Assembly: GCA_964585475.1 (NCBI GenBank)
Contig: CAZPDF010000001.1
Location: 1,441-65,440 of the forward strand
Direction of reading: 5' to 3'
From: an uncultured Candidatus Saccharibacteria bacterium
GTDB lineage: Bacteria > Patescibacteriota > Minisyncoccia > Sungbacterales > HO2-52-23
Length of the DNA: 64,000 nt
In this document: positions 16,271 to 25,563 of the stretch, one piece after another
How the letters are laid out: each line of letters starts with the position of its first letter
Numbering within the stretch: the first letter of the stretch is position 1
Made by a program: the position numbers and the translations under genes
Notes under the pieces: generated by a model
Told to the model about the DNA's origin: nothing
Seen by the model: the letters and a program-made list of their open reading frames with translations, nothing else
Database searches by the model: none

Positions 16271-16747
16271 ATGGACGGAATCAAGGCCGCTTTCACGCAG
16301 CCATTAGACCCCAGTCTGGAAGAAAGAAAACAGCAGAGAGAAGATGAAAAGAAGCGTTTGGCGAAAAACATTTTGAGCATTTGGAGAATCCAAGCGAAAG
16401 GACCCGTGATTTCAGATGAAGAACTGGCAACCATCAGAAAGCGTGCAGCATGTAGCGAGGATCTGAGTCCGGACGAGGTCAGACGACTGGTACAAACGAT
16501 TGATGCGGCTCGACTAGGTTTCGCTCATGGCATTCTCAAGGATTTTCCGCCACTATTTAGCAGGGTCTACGAGCACGGTGGATGGGAAGATGTTTTTGAT
16601 GGAGAGGTTATCGCACATCTGCCAAATGGTCGCATTAGGGTCAAGACTATGCATGGTGGCGAATTCGTCGAAGAAACATGGTCGAATTGGTTCAACGAAG
16701 AAGAGTTCGTTGAGATGTTTGGAGAAAAACCAGTACGTAACTGGTAA
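16271..16747 (+). CDS. hypothetical protein
   Basis: ORF starting MDGIKAAF; charged N-terminus; no motif recognised. Confidence 0.4.
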   Translation: MDGIKAAFTQPLDPSLEERKQQREDEKKRLAKNILSIWRIQAKGPVISDEELATIRKRAACSEDLSPDEVRRLVQTIDAARLGFAHGILKDFPPLFSRVYEHGGWEDVFDGEVIAHLPNGRIRVKTMHGGEFVEETWSNWFNEEEFVEMFGEKPVRNW

Positions 16748-16818
16748 GAAGAAGGTCATCAACACCGTTTGGCTTCGCCATACGGTCTTTTTTTATCCAA
16801 AACTTGGTACCAAAAACC

Positions 16819-16847
16819 AAAAAGCCGTAACTCGTTACGGCTTTTTG
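16819..16847 (+). terminator. rho-independent terminator
   Basis: AAAAAGCCGTAACTCGTTACGGCTTTTTGG. Confidence 0.7.
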
Positions 16848-17159
16848 GTGTGGACCCGGCGGGACTTGCACCCGCTTTCTCGCTTACCAAAGGCGAAATT
16901 TTACTCCATAAACTACAGGCCCAGGGTCCACAGAATAAAGGTAAAACAAAAGAAGCCCCTTTTCAAGGACTTCTTTTGTTTGGTAAGCGAGGACCCGCAA
17001 TTTATGCGAATTCCGCCTTGTGACTCCATTATACTCTTGCCAACTTTTATGTCAATAGGAAGTATTAACAGTAAAATTTGGTATCAATAAGCCCTTCACC
17101 CCGATTACGGCGGTTCGAGCGATCGCCCATCCGAAGCTCAAAGAACGAAGAAGAGTTGT

Positions 17160-17312
17160 GACATAACCCGCTCAGGTTTACATCTTAAATTTAATATTTA
17201 AAACCTGAGCGAAGCTCGCCCAGTCAAACTGGGCGGCTAACGTCGTGTACTGACCCGCTTCTGGAAAACACCGCTTATTCAAGCGGTTGTTTTTGTTGCG
17301 GGTAAGGGGGAG
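17160..17312 (+). ncRNA. candidate small structured RNA (three hairpins closed by an ACCCGC/GCGGGT helix, ending in a terminator-like hairpin plus U-run)
   Basis: Hairpins CGCTCAGGTTT..AAACCTGAGCG, CGCCCAGTCAAACTGGGCG and CCGCTTATTCAAGCGG followed by TTGTTTTTGTTG. No ORF spans the region. Confidence 0.25.
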
Positions 17313-17385
17313 ATAGAACTACTTGCGTTAGAAATAAGAAAGTGCTACTAATTAGTAGGTTGGATAAGTTCTTGGGGAGTTACAA

Positions 17386-17604
17386 ATGAAAGAACGAGAC
17401 GAACTGCATATCCATCGTCTGGGAAACCGACGCACAGTATCAATTTTACAGAGAAATGGACTTTTTGGGGAATGGAATGAGGTGAATGTAGCATTCTCGC
17501 AAGTCAAACCGCTCATGGCGGCTCTTTCAAAAATCACTACGCGTGGCGCACAAAGAAAAGTAGCTTACAAGATCGGGAAAACATTACAAGAAGACAAAAG
17601 TTAA
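17386..17604 (+). CDS. small hypothetical protein
   Basis: 72-aa ORF in an AT-richer segment. Confidence 0.3.
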   Translation: MKERDELHIHRLGNRRTVSILQRNGLFGEWNEVNVAFSQVKPLMAALSKITTRGAQRKVAYKIGKTLQEDKS

Positions 17605-17696
17605 ATAATAAACAGCGATTCCGCTTGGTCATCAATCGGAATTTTTTTATCCAAAACTCGGCACAAAAGAAGTTTGACTTCCCAAACCAACCATAA

Positions 17697-17732
17697 CAAC
17701 ATTCCAACATTCTCAAGAATGTTGGAATGTTG
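17697..17732. promoter_or_regulatory. perfect 17-bp-arm palindrome CAACATTCCAACATTCT-CA-AGAATGTTGGAATGTTG (ArsR-type operator candidate)
   Basis: It shares the core ATTCT-CA-AGAAT with the palindrome upstream of the ArsR gene at 25453-25478. It lies upstream of ORF 17951-18268. Confidence 0.5.
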
Positions 17733-17950
17733 TGTACATATGAAACTGGTTCCCACCTAGTTAAACTGGGTGAGGCCCCCGTTTTAGCAAGAGCGAGGCC
17801 CGCCCCGATGGGCGGCGCCCAAATATTTTTTGTGTGGCTAACTTCACACGCTAACTCGCTCGTCAGTAGAAAGAAAACCGAAAGTTGTAAAAGGAACATC
17901 GGTGTGCTACTTTTGTTTTTAGTTCTGGCAAGCAATTTAGAGGAAAGCGA

Positions 17951-18268
17951 ATGCGACATTGGACGCACGACGAACTGCACGTTTTGATGAATAGCAGTCT
18001 GTCCTTGAAGACAAAATCCGACAGAGTGCATTCGTTTCCGCAAGTCAGTTCGGAACAAAAAGAGCAGGGTAAACTCCAAATGATGGAGATATATGCAGAA
18101 GCAATAGATTGCAAGCAGGCCGATGCGGCAAAAGAATTCGTCAAAAAAGCGTTCTCACATATGAAGCAGAAATTGGAACTGGATGATATCCGCGAAGAGT
18201 ATGCCTCACAAAAATTGTGCCATTCTCCGCTTGGAAATGATTATATGTGCTTTTGCGATGAAAGGTAG
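17951..18268 (+). CDS. hypothetical protein
   Basis: 105-aa ORF downstream of the palindrome. Confidence 0.35.
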   Translation: MRHWTHDELHVLMNSSLSLKTKSDRVHSFPQVSSEQKEQGKLQMMEIYAEAIDCKQADAAKEFVKKAFSHMKQKLELDDIREEYASQKLCHSPLGNDYMCFCDER

Positions 18269-18379
18269 ACGGTGTAGCAAACCTACCCGTTTTTATTTAC
18301 CCAAAATTCGGCATCACAGGGGCATAAATTTTGACTATCTCTAGAAAACGCGGTAAGCAGGAGATAGTTTCCTTGATTT

Positions 18380-19321
18380 TTGCGAGGGGAGATTCCCGTG
18401 CGCTGGATGCGTATTGGATGGGGGGTGATTTTGACGCTCGTAGGCCTTGTTTTAAGCATTCCCTTGGTACCCGGCCCTGGCAGTATAATTTTATTTTGGG
18501 GGATTGGTGTTTTGGCGCGTGAAGTACCTTGGGTTAAAAGATTTCTCGCTGGTGCGAAAGATTGGACAATGCGGAATCTCCCCGTCGTCTATAGATTTGG
18601 CGTATGGGCAAAGAATTTTCTCGATAGACACCGCCTCTTAAAGAAGGCCGCAAAAATAATTTTCTGGATCCTGCCCATTCTTTATTTTTTGTTGTTCTAT
18701 GTGTATATAGCAGCGGGGCACGAAATTGTTAAGCGGCCGTCCGCCCATCAGAGATGGGCGAGGCCAGCCTCGCCAAGCGGGCCCCAGGATCTTCGCGGTT
18801 CTCCGGAATCGCTGGCCAAACAAAATAAAGTTGCCGATCTTTGCAAGCTTTCGCGGTTTAAAGATGACCGCGAACTGCAAAGTTTTATCGCGAGGAAATT
18901 GCTTGTACGGGTGCAGGACTGGACAGAAACGTACTACGTAACCACCGAAGAGAGATTTCGGTATCTACGTCCGTGGGCAAAGGATTTTCTTGAGGGCCTG
19001 GCCAAGAAACATAACGCCACTTTCGGGAAACATCTAAAAGTAACGTCTCTCGTGCGTACCGAGGCGTATCAGCGGATGCTTGTTAAGCGCGGAATATCCG
19101 ATGCCGACGGCGAAACCGAAGATCGACGTTCCGCGCATCTTACCGGTTCCGCCTTTGATGTGTCTCGGCGCGACATGTCTTTTCTCGAAAGGGCGTGGAT
19201 GAGATGGGAGCTATGGTCTTTGAAACGGAAGGAAGTTATTGAGGCGGTAGAGGAAGGGCGGCACAACAATACTTTTCATATCATGGTAGTTCCGCCTTGC
19301 TACCGAAACAGGCAGAAATGA
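18380..19321 (+). CDS. membrane-anchored peptidase M15 (VanY/D-Ala-D-Ala carboxypeptidase-like) domain protein
   Basis: 313 aa. N-terminal TM region with PGPG. C-terminal RSAHLTGSAFDVS matches the M15 SxHxxGxAxD zinc-binding motif. Confidence 0.5.
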   Translation: MRGEIPVRWMRIGWGVILTLVGLVLSIPLVPGPGSIILFWGIGVLAREVPWVKRFLAGAKDWTMRNLPVVYRFGVWAKNFLDRHRLLKKAAKIIFWILPILYFLLFYVYIAAGHEIVKRPSAHQRWARPASPSGPQDLRGSPESLAKQNKVADLCKLSRFKDDRELQSFIARKLLVRVQDWTETYYVTTEERFRYLRPWAKDFLEGLAKKHNATFGKHLKVTSLVRTEAYQRMLVKRGISDADGETEDRRSAHLTGSAFDVSRRDMSFLERAWMRWELWSLKRKEVIEAVEEGRHNNTFHIMVVPPCYRNRQK

Positions 19322-19345
19322 AAAACCCCGAAATCTTCGGGGTAT

Positions 19346-21442
19346 TTAATTTTTGCGACTATCGTCAGATTTTTCCGATTCTTTCAACTCTTGTTCAAAG
19401 AGATTCGGTATTTTTATATATTCCTGCCACTCTTTTGATTCCTCAAGGAATGGACGGGGTTCAGCATCCTGATACCAGCGTTCAAGCGCAAATTTTAAAG
19501 CGGGAAGCGCCGTTTCTGCTCCGGTTTCTCGCTCACCCAAAGATTTGGTGTAGTCATCCGGTCCGCCTATCCATACGCCGAAGGTGGCATCGGGGGTGAA
19601 ACAGAAGAGCAGCGCATCTGTATAGTTTTCAGTCGTTCCGGTTTTGCAGGCGATAGGTTGTTTGAGCGCGTTTAACCGGGTGGCCGTGCCGTATTTTACT
19701 GCGCCGCGCAGTGCTTCAAGCATTATTCGTGCCAGCACATCTGAGATGGCCGGCTCGGCTTTTTCCCACGATTTTTTTTCGAAGACCACTTCGCCTTTGG
19801 CGCCCGTTGCCTTAGCGATTATGTAGTTTTCGCGCAGGAACCCTTTATTGGGGATTACGGAATAGGCACCCGTAACTTTAATTAGCGGATGAGAGGATAC
19901 GCCAAGGGCCGAAGGTAGATACGGCGGTATGGGATCTTTCAACCCCAGGCGGCGAGTCATGGCGCTCACGCGCGGATCGAGTCCGCATCTGCTTACTCGC
20001 GCGGTGTGCACTGCGGGGCGGTTTATGGATTTAGCGATGGCAAATCTTCTGGTATAGGCGTTTTTCTGGTATTTCTCCTCGTCAAAATTTTTCGGCTCCC
20101 ACCAGTCCGCCGGGTTTTTCGGATCGGCCCCGCGTCTTACGGGGCAGCGGATTTTTTCATTGGAGACAATGCGATCGAGGATCCGTGCCGGATCCGCCCC
20201 TTCGCTAAGCTCCTGTTCAAACCGCGACAGATATACAAAGGGTTTGAAAGCCGAGCCGATCTGGCGTTTGGCGGGCCCAACCGCATTATTAAATTGGTGG
20301 CGTGAATAGTCCTTGCCTCCTACGAGCGCAAGAATCGCCCCGGTAGCATTTTCAATCGCGACGAACGCACCTTCGGCGTCAATGGCATTCTCCCCTTGGC
20401 GCTTTTCATATTCGGATAGCGTGAAGCGGATTCCTTGTTGGGCCAGGTCCTGCAATTCTTCATCAAGCGTGGTAGAGACGCGAAGGCCAAACCACGCGTC
20501 GTTTTTCCCGGCCTCGTCAAAATAGATTCCGAGTTCTTTCTTGAGAATTGAGCGTGCATAGTCAATTGCATGCGGAGCGCGCTGGCAGGATTTCTCAAAT
20601 TCCTTGCTCGTCTCGATCGGCGCATCAATTGCGGCGCGATACGCTTCCTCGGTTATGCGGTATGCCGTTTCTTGGCTGACGGGCTCGCCGAGTTCAAGGT
20701 AGGCTTTCGTCAGGGACTGGTTTCGTGCCTCGCGCGCGCGATCCGGATGCTTTTTAGGGGAAAGTTCTTCGGGCGATTTGATGGTGCCGGCCAGAATTCC
20801 CATATCGGAAAGAGTAAGTTCTGCTGCACTTTTATGGAAGTATAGCCGCGCTGCGGCTTCAACTCCGTAGCGCTGGTGTCCGAAGTAGGCCTCGTTTAAA
20901 TATAGAGCAAGAATTTGGTCCTTGCTGAAATTCTGGATGAGACGTCTTGCCAATAAGTATTCTTTAATTTTTCTGGCGACGCTCTTTCGCGAACGCTCGT
21001 ATGGCTGGAGGAGTTGCTTAACTAATTGTTGAGGGATGGTAGATCCGCCTTCGACGACCCGTCTTGCCCCGACATTTCTAAGAATTGCCCTCCCCGTGGC
21101 TTTTAAATCAATCGCCAGATCCCGCTCAAAGAACCGGCGGTCTTCCACCGCAACAATTATTTGCGCTATGGGCTGGCTACGGATATTCTCCGCTTCTATA
21201 ACGTCCCTCCACTCGCGCGCGACGCATCCGACCACTTCTCCGCTTTTGCCGTAGAAGTAGGCGGTCTGATACGGGCGATAATTATTTAAGGAATCGAGGC
21301 TGGGAAGATCGAAAATTTTCTCCCAGAAAATAAGCCAGAAAACAAGGGACAGTACTCCGATTACGACAAGACCGCTTACTCCCAGCGCGCTCCATTTGAG
21401 TACACCAAGTAGCCACGTAAATACTCTTTTCAGCTCCTTCAC
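19346..21442 (-). CDS. mrcA: penicillin-binding protein 1A (bifunctional transglycosylase/transpeptidase)
   Basis: 698 aa. N-terminal TM. GT51 motifs (EDRRFFE, GGSTIPQQLVKQ). Transpeptidase region with a SAFKP-like motif. Confidence 0.9.
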   Translation of the reverse strand: MKELKRVFTWLLGVLKWSALGVSGLVVIGVLSLVFWLIFWEKIFDLPSLDSLNNYRPYQTAYFYGKSGEVVGCVAREWRDVIEAENIRSQPIAQIIVAVEDRRFFERDLAIDLKATGRAILRNVGARRVVEGGSTIPQQLVKQLLQPYERSRKSVARKIKEYLLARRLIQNFSKDQILALYLNEAYFGHQRYGVEAAARLYFHKSAAELTLSDMGILAGTIKSPEELSPKKHPDRAREARNQSLTKAYLELGEPVSQETAYRITEEAYRAAIDAPIETSKEFEKSCQRAPHAIDYARSILKKELGIYFDEAGKNDAWFGLRVSTTLDEELQDLAQQGIRFTLSEYEKRQGENAIDAEGAFVAIENATGAILALVGGKDYSRHQFNNAVGPAKRQIGSAFKPFVYLSRFEQELSEGADPARILDRIVSNEKIRCPVRRGADPKNPADWWEPKNFDEEKYQKNAYTRRFAIAKSINRPAVHTARVSRCGLDPRVSAMTRRLGLKDPIPPYLPSALGVSSHPLIKVTGAYSVIPNKGFLRENYIIAKATGAKGEVVFEKKSWEKAEPAISDVLARIMLEALRGAVKYGTATRLNALKQPIACKTGTTENYTDALLFCFTPDATFGVWIGGPDDYTKSLGERETGAETALPALKFALERWYQDAEPRPFLEESKEWQEYIKIPNLFEQELKESEKSDDSRKN

Positions 21443-21684
21443 CCCCTATTCGGTTATCAAGGAAGCTCGGTCTATCCCCAAAATACTCTCGTCTGGCGGC
21501 GAGTCAAATTGTATTTTTTGTTGACGGTAAAGATGTATAATTGAGAATGAGGTGGATCTTTAAAAAGGGGAGAGAAGAAATGACGGAAGGGAGCTTCCTT
21601 TGACTTCGCTTGGTATACGCCGCTCCGTTCAGCTACCCGCCGTTTTACAGACAGGCGCGTTTTTCTTATCATTCATAATATGAT

Positions 21685-23142
21685 ATGAAAACTACCATAC
21701 TTGTTGCTGCGGCCGTTCTTGCGATTGCGCTATCCGGTCTTGCCGGATGGCAATTGTTTTTGCCGAATGAGGTTTTGGTTACGCTTGGTGAGAATCAAAA
21801 TGAGCCGCCAGCCAAACCCGCAAAAACGAAAGAGGAGATGATTGAAGAGGCGCTTGCTAAATCGAGCAATGTAAAAGGGCTTTATATGACCGCGGACGTG
21901 GCAAGCGATCCGGGGGTGGGTGCCGCCAGGATACGAAATAAGCTCATCCGTCTTGCGACCACCACTGAAATAAACGGTTTTGTCATTGATGTGAAAGAAG
22001 CATGCGGGCCCGATTATGATGAGAGTCGCATCCGGGAGTTGATTCGTACTCTCCATGAAAATAACATTTGGGCGATTGCGCGGATAGTGACGTTTAGCGA
22101 CTCATCGCGTATCAATGTAAACCCGGACTGGTATCTTACGCGGAAAAATAAGAAAGCGGTCGGCGTATCCTGCGCCAATAAGAGACACCTCGTTCTCAAA
22201 TCTTCGGACGGGTCCAAGCCCAGCGTAGTCTTCTGGCAGGACAAAGCGGGCCGCTATTGGATGGATCCCACGCATCCTGAAGTACGAAAGTATCTCGCAG
22301 AATTCTCGAAGACGATGATTGATTTAGGTTTTGACGAGCTTCAGTATGACTATATCCGTTTTCCTTCGGACGGCGACATAGAAAACGCAAACTATCCTTC
22401 CTGGAATGGGAAGTCCTCAAAATGCGGGGCGATGCGTGATTTCTTCCGCTATCTTAGCCGGGACCTGAAAGCATATAAACCCGATATCATTCTTTCGGCG
22501 GATCTTTTCGGCTATGCATCCGTAGGACTTGATGCCGGCATCGGCCAGTGTCTCGATGCCCTGGAAGACAATTTCGACTATATCTCTTTCATGACGTATC
22601 CGTCGCACTACTATTCAGGTTTTCACGTGCCGAGTTTGCGCGGCCTTCCGGCGATTTCTTACCGCAATTTGGCCGAGGCCCGGGCGCATCCTGATACAAT
22701 CGTCGAGCGCTCGCTTATTTTTGCACGCGATTTCTTTGATGGAAAAATAGACCTTCGGGGGAACCCCGCAACTACTACCCAAGCAACTTCGACCCCGCCG
22801 GCAACCTCAACGGCCGAAGTTTTGCAGGAGCCAGAGTTACCGAAACCGCGTTCCAAAGCTCGCCTTCGTCCCTGGATTGAAGATTTCTTCCATGAACAGG
22901 ACTGTTTGGCTAAACGCCCGTGCAACGAAAAAAAAGTCCGCATGCAAATTGAGGCGACAGAGCAAACAGAAAACCATGGGTGGCTTCTCTGGAATGCTGC
23001 GAATGTGTACACGGAAGGCGCTTTGAAAAAAATGAATAAAAACCCGTCGGTCGACGGGTTTTTTCTGTACGTTGTGGCACTGCGCGGTGTCCTCGGCTAT
23101 TGCGATTTCAGACATGACTTCCGCTTCGGAACGCGCCTTTGA
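21685..23142 (+). CDS. secreted glycoside-hydrolase-like protein (GHL10/DUF4015-type TIM barrel)
   Basis: 485 aa. Signal peptide; KGLYMTADVA...LIRLATTTEINGFVIDVKE...DELQYDYIRFP pattern. Confidence 0.55.
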   Translation: MKTTILVAAAVLAIALSGLAGWQLFLPNEVLVTLGENQNEPPAKPAKTKEEMIEEALAKSSNVKGLYMTADVASDPGVGAARIRNKLIRLATTTEINGFVIDVKEACGPDYDESRIRELIRTLHENNIWAIARIVTFSDSSRINVNPDWYLTRKNKKAVGVSCANKRHLVLKSSDGSKPSVVFWQDKAGRYWMDPTHPEVRKYLAEFSKTMIDLGFDELQYDYIRFPSDGDIENANYPSWNGKSSKCGAMRDFFRYLSRDLKAYKPDIILSADLFGYASVGLDAGIGQCLDALEDNFDYISFMTYPSHYYSGFHVPSLRGLPAISYRNLAEARAHPDTIVERSLIFARDFFDGKIDLRGNPATTTQATSTPPATSTAEVLQEPELPKPRSKARLRPWIEDFFHEQDCLAKRPCNEKKVRMQIEATEQTENHGWLLWNAANVYTEGALKKMNKNPSVDGFFLYVVALRGVLGYCDFRHDFRFGTRL

Positions 23143-23195
23143 AAAACTTCGCGAAATCCCACCGAGATTTCGTTCATCACGGGTCGGCCTCGCTC

Positions 23196-23221
23196 CCCCC
23201 TCTTTTCGATCGAAAAGAGGG
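23196..23221. other. perfect 26-bp palindrome CCCCTCTTTTCGATCGAAAAGAGGGG
   Basis: Self-complementary with no flanking U-run, so it could be either a hairpin or a protein-binding site. Confidence 0.4.
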
Positions 23222-23357
23222 GAACCATGGCCGTTCGGCCTCCCAGTATTTTCAAGAGCGCATTCCTCTCTTAAATTTCTGCAATCGCAATGGCCTCCCG
23301 CGCTATGTGGATGTTTAGGGATCCTCAAAAGCACGTTGATTAGCTATCCCGGCAAGT

Positions 23358-23386
23358 TTGACAAATCACTGTAAATCATATATAAT
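23358..23386 (+). promoter_or_regulatory. consensus sigma70 promoter TTGACA-17-TATAAT
   Basis: TTGACAAATCACTGTAAATCATATATAAT, then GGAGG, then the ATG at 23412. Confidence 0.7.
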
Positions 23387-23411
23387 TGAGAGTAGAGAAA
23401 GGAGGAGCACA

Positions 23412-23744
23412 ATGCATCTTACCAACGAAGGGGCTGCGATGTTGCTCAAAAGTCTGTTTGATCCCGCCACGATGTGCACTTCCTGTGGCCGCTCCCTTGA
23501 GAGGGTGGCCAGCTACTGCACGTGGTGCGGAGCGAAAAACCCCGAGTTTGATGAGTGTGAACTTGTCTACCGCGCCGGGAAGACGCTCCGCGAAGCGCAA
23601 GAGGATTGTTGCAACGGCCATCCGGAAAAATTGGCTGCCATTCGTGAGGACATCGCGAGGATCATCCCCGAATCATTTCCTGAGCTCGTGAACAAACCCT
23701 ACGATCAGCCGTTCTGCATGCACTGCGGAACGCAGGTGGCTTAA
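23412..23744 (+). CDS. zinc-ribbon protein (three CxxC pairs)
   Basis: CTSCGRS...CTWCGAKN...CCNGH...CMHCGTQ. Start placed at MHLTNEG after the promoter and RBS. Confidence 0.5.
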   Translation: MHLTNEGAAMLLKSLFDPATMCTSCGRSLERVASYCTWCGAKNPEFDECELVYRAGKTLREAQEDCCNGHPEKLAAIREDIARIIPESFPELVNKPYDQPFCMHCGTQVA

Positions 23745-23756
23745 AGGAGGCCAGCT

Positions 23757-24116
23757 ATGAAACTGACAAAGTGTGATTGGCTGCTCATCATCTCCTGCCT
23801 CGTGATCACTCTTTACTCCTGGGCCGTGATGTTTACGGGCGTCGCAAACAACTGGCCTTTCGGCAGCGGTGGAGGATGGTTCGGGTCGCTTTCCTCGGTT
23901 TTAGTCGGCGCGCTCCTGCTTTCCTTCTGGCTAATCCTTGCGGTGGTGAGAGCGGCAACGCTGTTATATCGGGAATACGCCGATCTCACACCAGGGGAGA
24001 AGAGCATCGTAGGCCGAATAATGAGCAGGGCGGCTGAGGAGTTGATCAAGAAGTTGAGGCGCCGCCAAGACAGGGTCGGAAAAATCATCCGGCTCGGCGA
24101 CAGAATGAGAAAGTAG
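23757..24116 (+). CDS. small membrane protein (2 TM)
   Basis: 119-aa ORF with two hydrophobic helices and a basic C-terminus. Confidence 0.45.
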   Translation: MKLTKCDWLLIISCLVITLYSWAVMFTGVANNWPFGSGGGWFGSLSSVLVGALLLSFWLILAVVRAATLLYREYADLTPGEKSIVGRIMSRAAEELIKKLRRRQDRVGKIIRLGDRMRK

Positions 24117-24502
24117 ATGTAGAAGTTCGGGTCCTGCCGTAAAGGCGGGGCCCAAATTTTTAAAAGATGTGGAAAATAAGTATTTGACATTTCAAAATGG
24201 CCCTGTATCCTTATATTGTATGAACGTATGCAGCAACTTAATTACTACTTTGGTTACGGAAGCTGGCTTAACTCCGGAAGAGATTAAACTGTGGGAAGAA
24301 ATTTCAGGAAATATACCCGAAAAATTATGCACCGACCTCTATGATACCCTAAAATCGGTACCGGGCGCGGTGCGCGCAGCAACTGACAGTTTAAAAGAGA
24401 AAAAACCAGCGCTACAGAGCGGTGATATCAAAAAGTGGGGGGAAATTTTGAGCAGAGAGAACGATCTCCTTCTCTCATTTATCAAAAAGTAACAAAAATA
24501 AA

Positions 24503-25051
24503 ATGAAAGGCCCCGAACAAGAACGACCCAAACCAAGTAAAGGGATCGTACCGGAAAAAGGTAAAGAGTTTCCGGTTGTTGATATAATCAAAGGAAAAAT
24601 TGGAGAGATGATCGACAAGCAGATAGGAAAGAAAACAGGGATAGACGTAAAGAAAATATTAGAAGCGGCCAAGCCCCCGATAATGCATGCGGCAGAAGGT
24701 GAAACTGCTGAAGGTGGAACCGAGGGAATTATGGAGAAAATTCTTAATAATCCTAAAGCTGTTCGTGCGGGAGCAGCAGTCACGCTTGCTGCGTTAGAGA
24801 GATGGACGAGATTTTGGTCAACTTTCATGGAACCGCCCATACCAGGTTTTCTTAAGTCTAAAGAGGAGAAAGAGCAGGAAAAGAGAGATAAGGAGGGCGG
24901 TGGCGAAACCTTTTTGGAACAAGCCCGCAGGTACTATGAGTTTGGCGGCCGGCTGGAAAACGCCGTACTTAAAGGGGAGTGGGATGAACTTCTAAAGAAA
25001 AAGGCGACAGCTAGAAAGGGTGGTGGAATTCCTGATGGCAAAGCCGCCTAG
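24503..25051 (+). CDS. hypothetical protein (K/E-rich)
   Basis: 182-aa ORF; no motif recognised. Confidence 0.4.
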   Translation: MKGPEQERPKPSKGIVPEKGKEFPVVDIIKGKIGEMIDKQIGKKTGIDVKKILEAAKPPIMHAAEGETAEGGTEGIMEKILNNPKAVRAGAAVTLAALERWTRFWSTFMEPPIPGFLKSKEEKEQEKRDKEGGGETFLEQARRYYEFGGRLENAVLKGEWDELLKKKATARKGGGIPDGKAA

Positions 25052-25163
25052 GAATGCGGCTAATGTGTAGAAGAGGGGGCATTAAAAAAAGATTAAAAAC
25101 TGCCGCGAGGCAGTTTTTAATCTGCCTATAAGAAGATATTGTCGGCTATAAATCCGCGTATTT

Positions 25164-25433
25164 CTATTCTAATGTTCTTAAGAATTTGAGAATAGATATT
25201 CCGGTGGAAGTAAGTTTGTGCCGGATTGAAGTTCCATCCGACCGCTTCATTAAAAGACCCGCAATGCCAAGCCGCCGTATATGTTCCGAGATGGTTTTGA
25301 AGTTTACGTCAAGCTTCTCGGAAATTTCCGAAACCGAAAGTTCCGGCTCCCGCCCCAGGAGCTGCATGATCTCAATTCTTCTATGGTTCGCGAATCCCTT
25401 CACGATCCGCTCAAGTTCCCTTGTCTTTTTCAT
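25164..25433 (-). CDS. ArsR/SmtB-family transcriptional regulator
   Basis: 89 aa with winged HTH: RRIEIMQLLGREPELSVSEISEKLDVNFKTISEHIRRL. Confidence 0.8.
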   Translation of the reverse strand: MKKTRELERIVKGFANHRRIEIMQLLGREPELSVSEISEKLDVNFKTISEHIRRLGIAGLLMKRSDGTSIRHKLTSTGISILKFLRTLE

Positions 25434-25452
25434 TCCTTTTTATGATACTTTA

Positions 25453-25478
25453 TTCTAATATTCTCAAGAATATTAGAA
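25453..25478. promoter_or_regulatory. operator-like palindrome TTCTAATATTCT-CA-AGAATATTAGAA upstream of the ArsR gene
   Basis: Perfect 12-bp arms, about 20 nt upstream of the regulator's start codon. A degenerate copy lies at 25164-25196. Confidence 0.6.
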
Positions 25479-25563
25479 TAAGAGTTTTATCACATGTTCC
25501 GTGGCATTTTTTATATTTCTTTCCGTATCCACAGGGAGTTAATTTGTAACGCGCGGAAAAATA

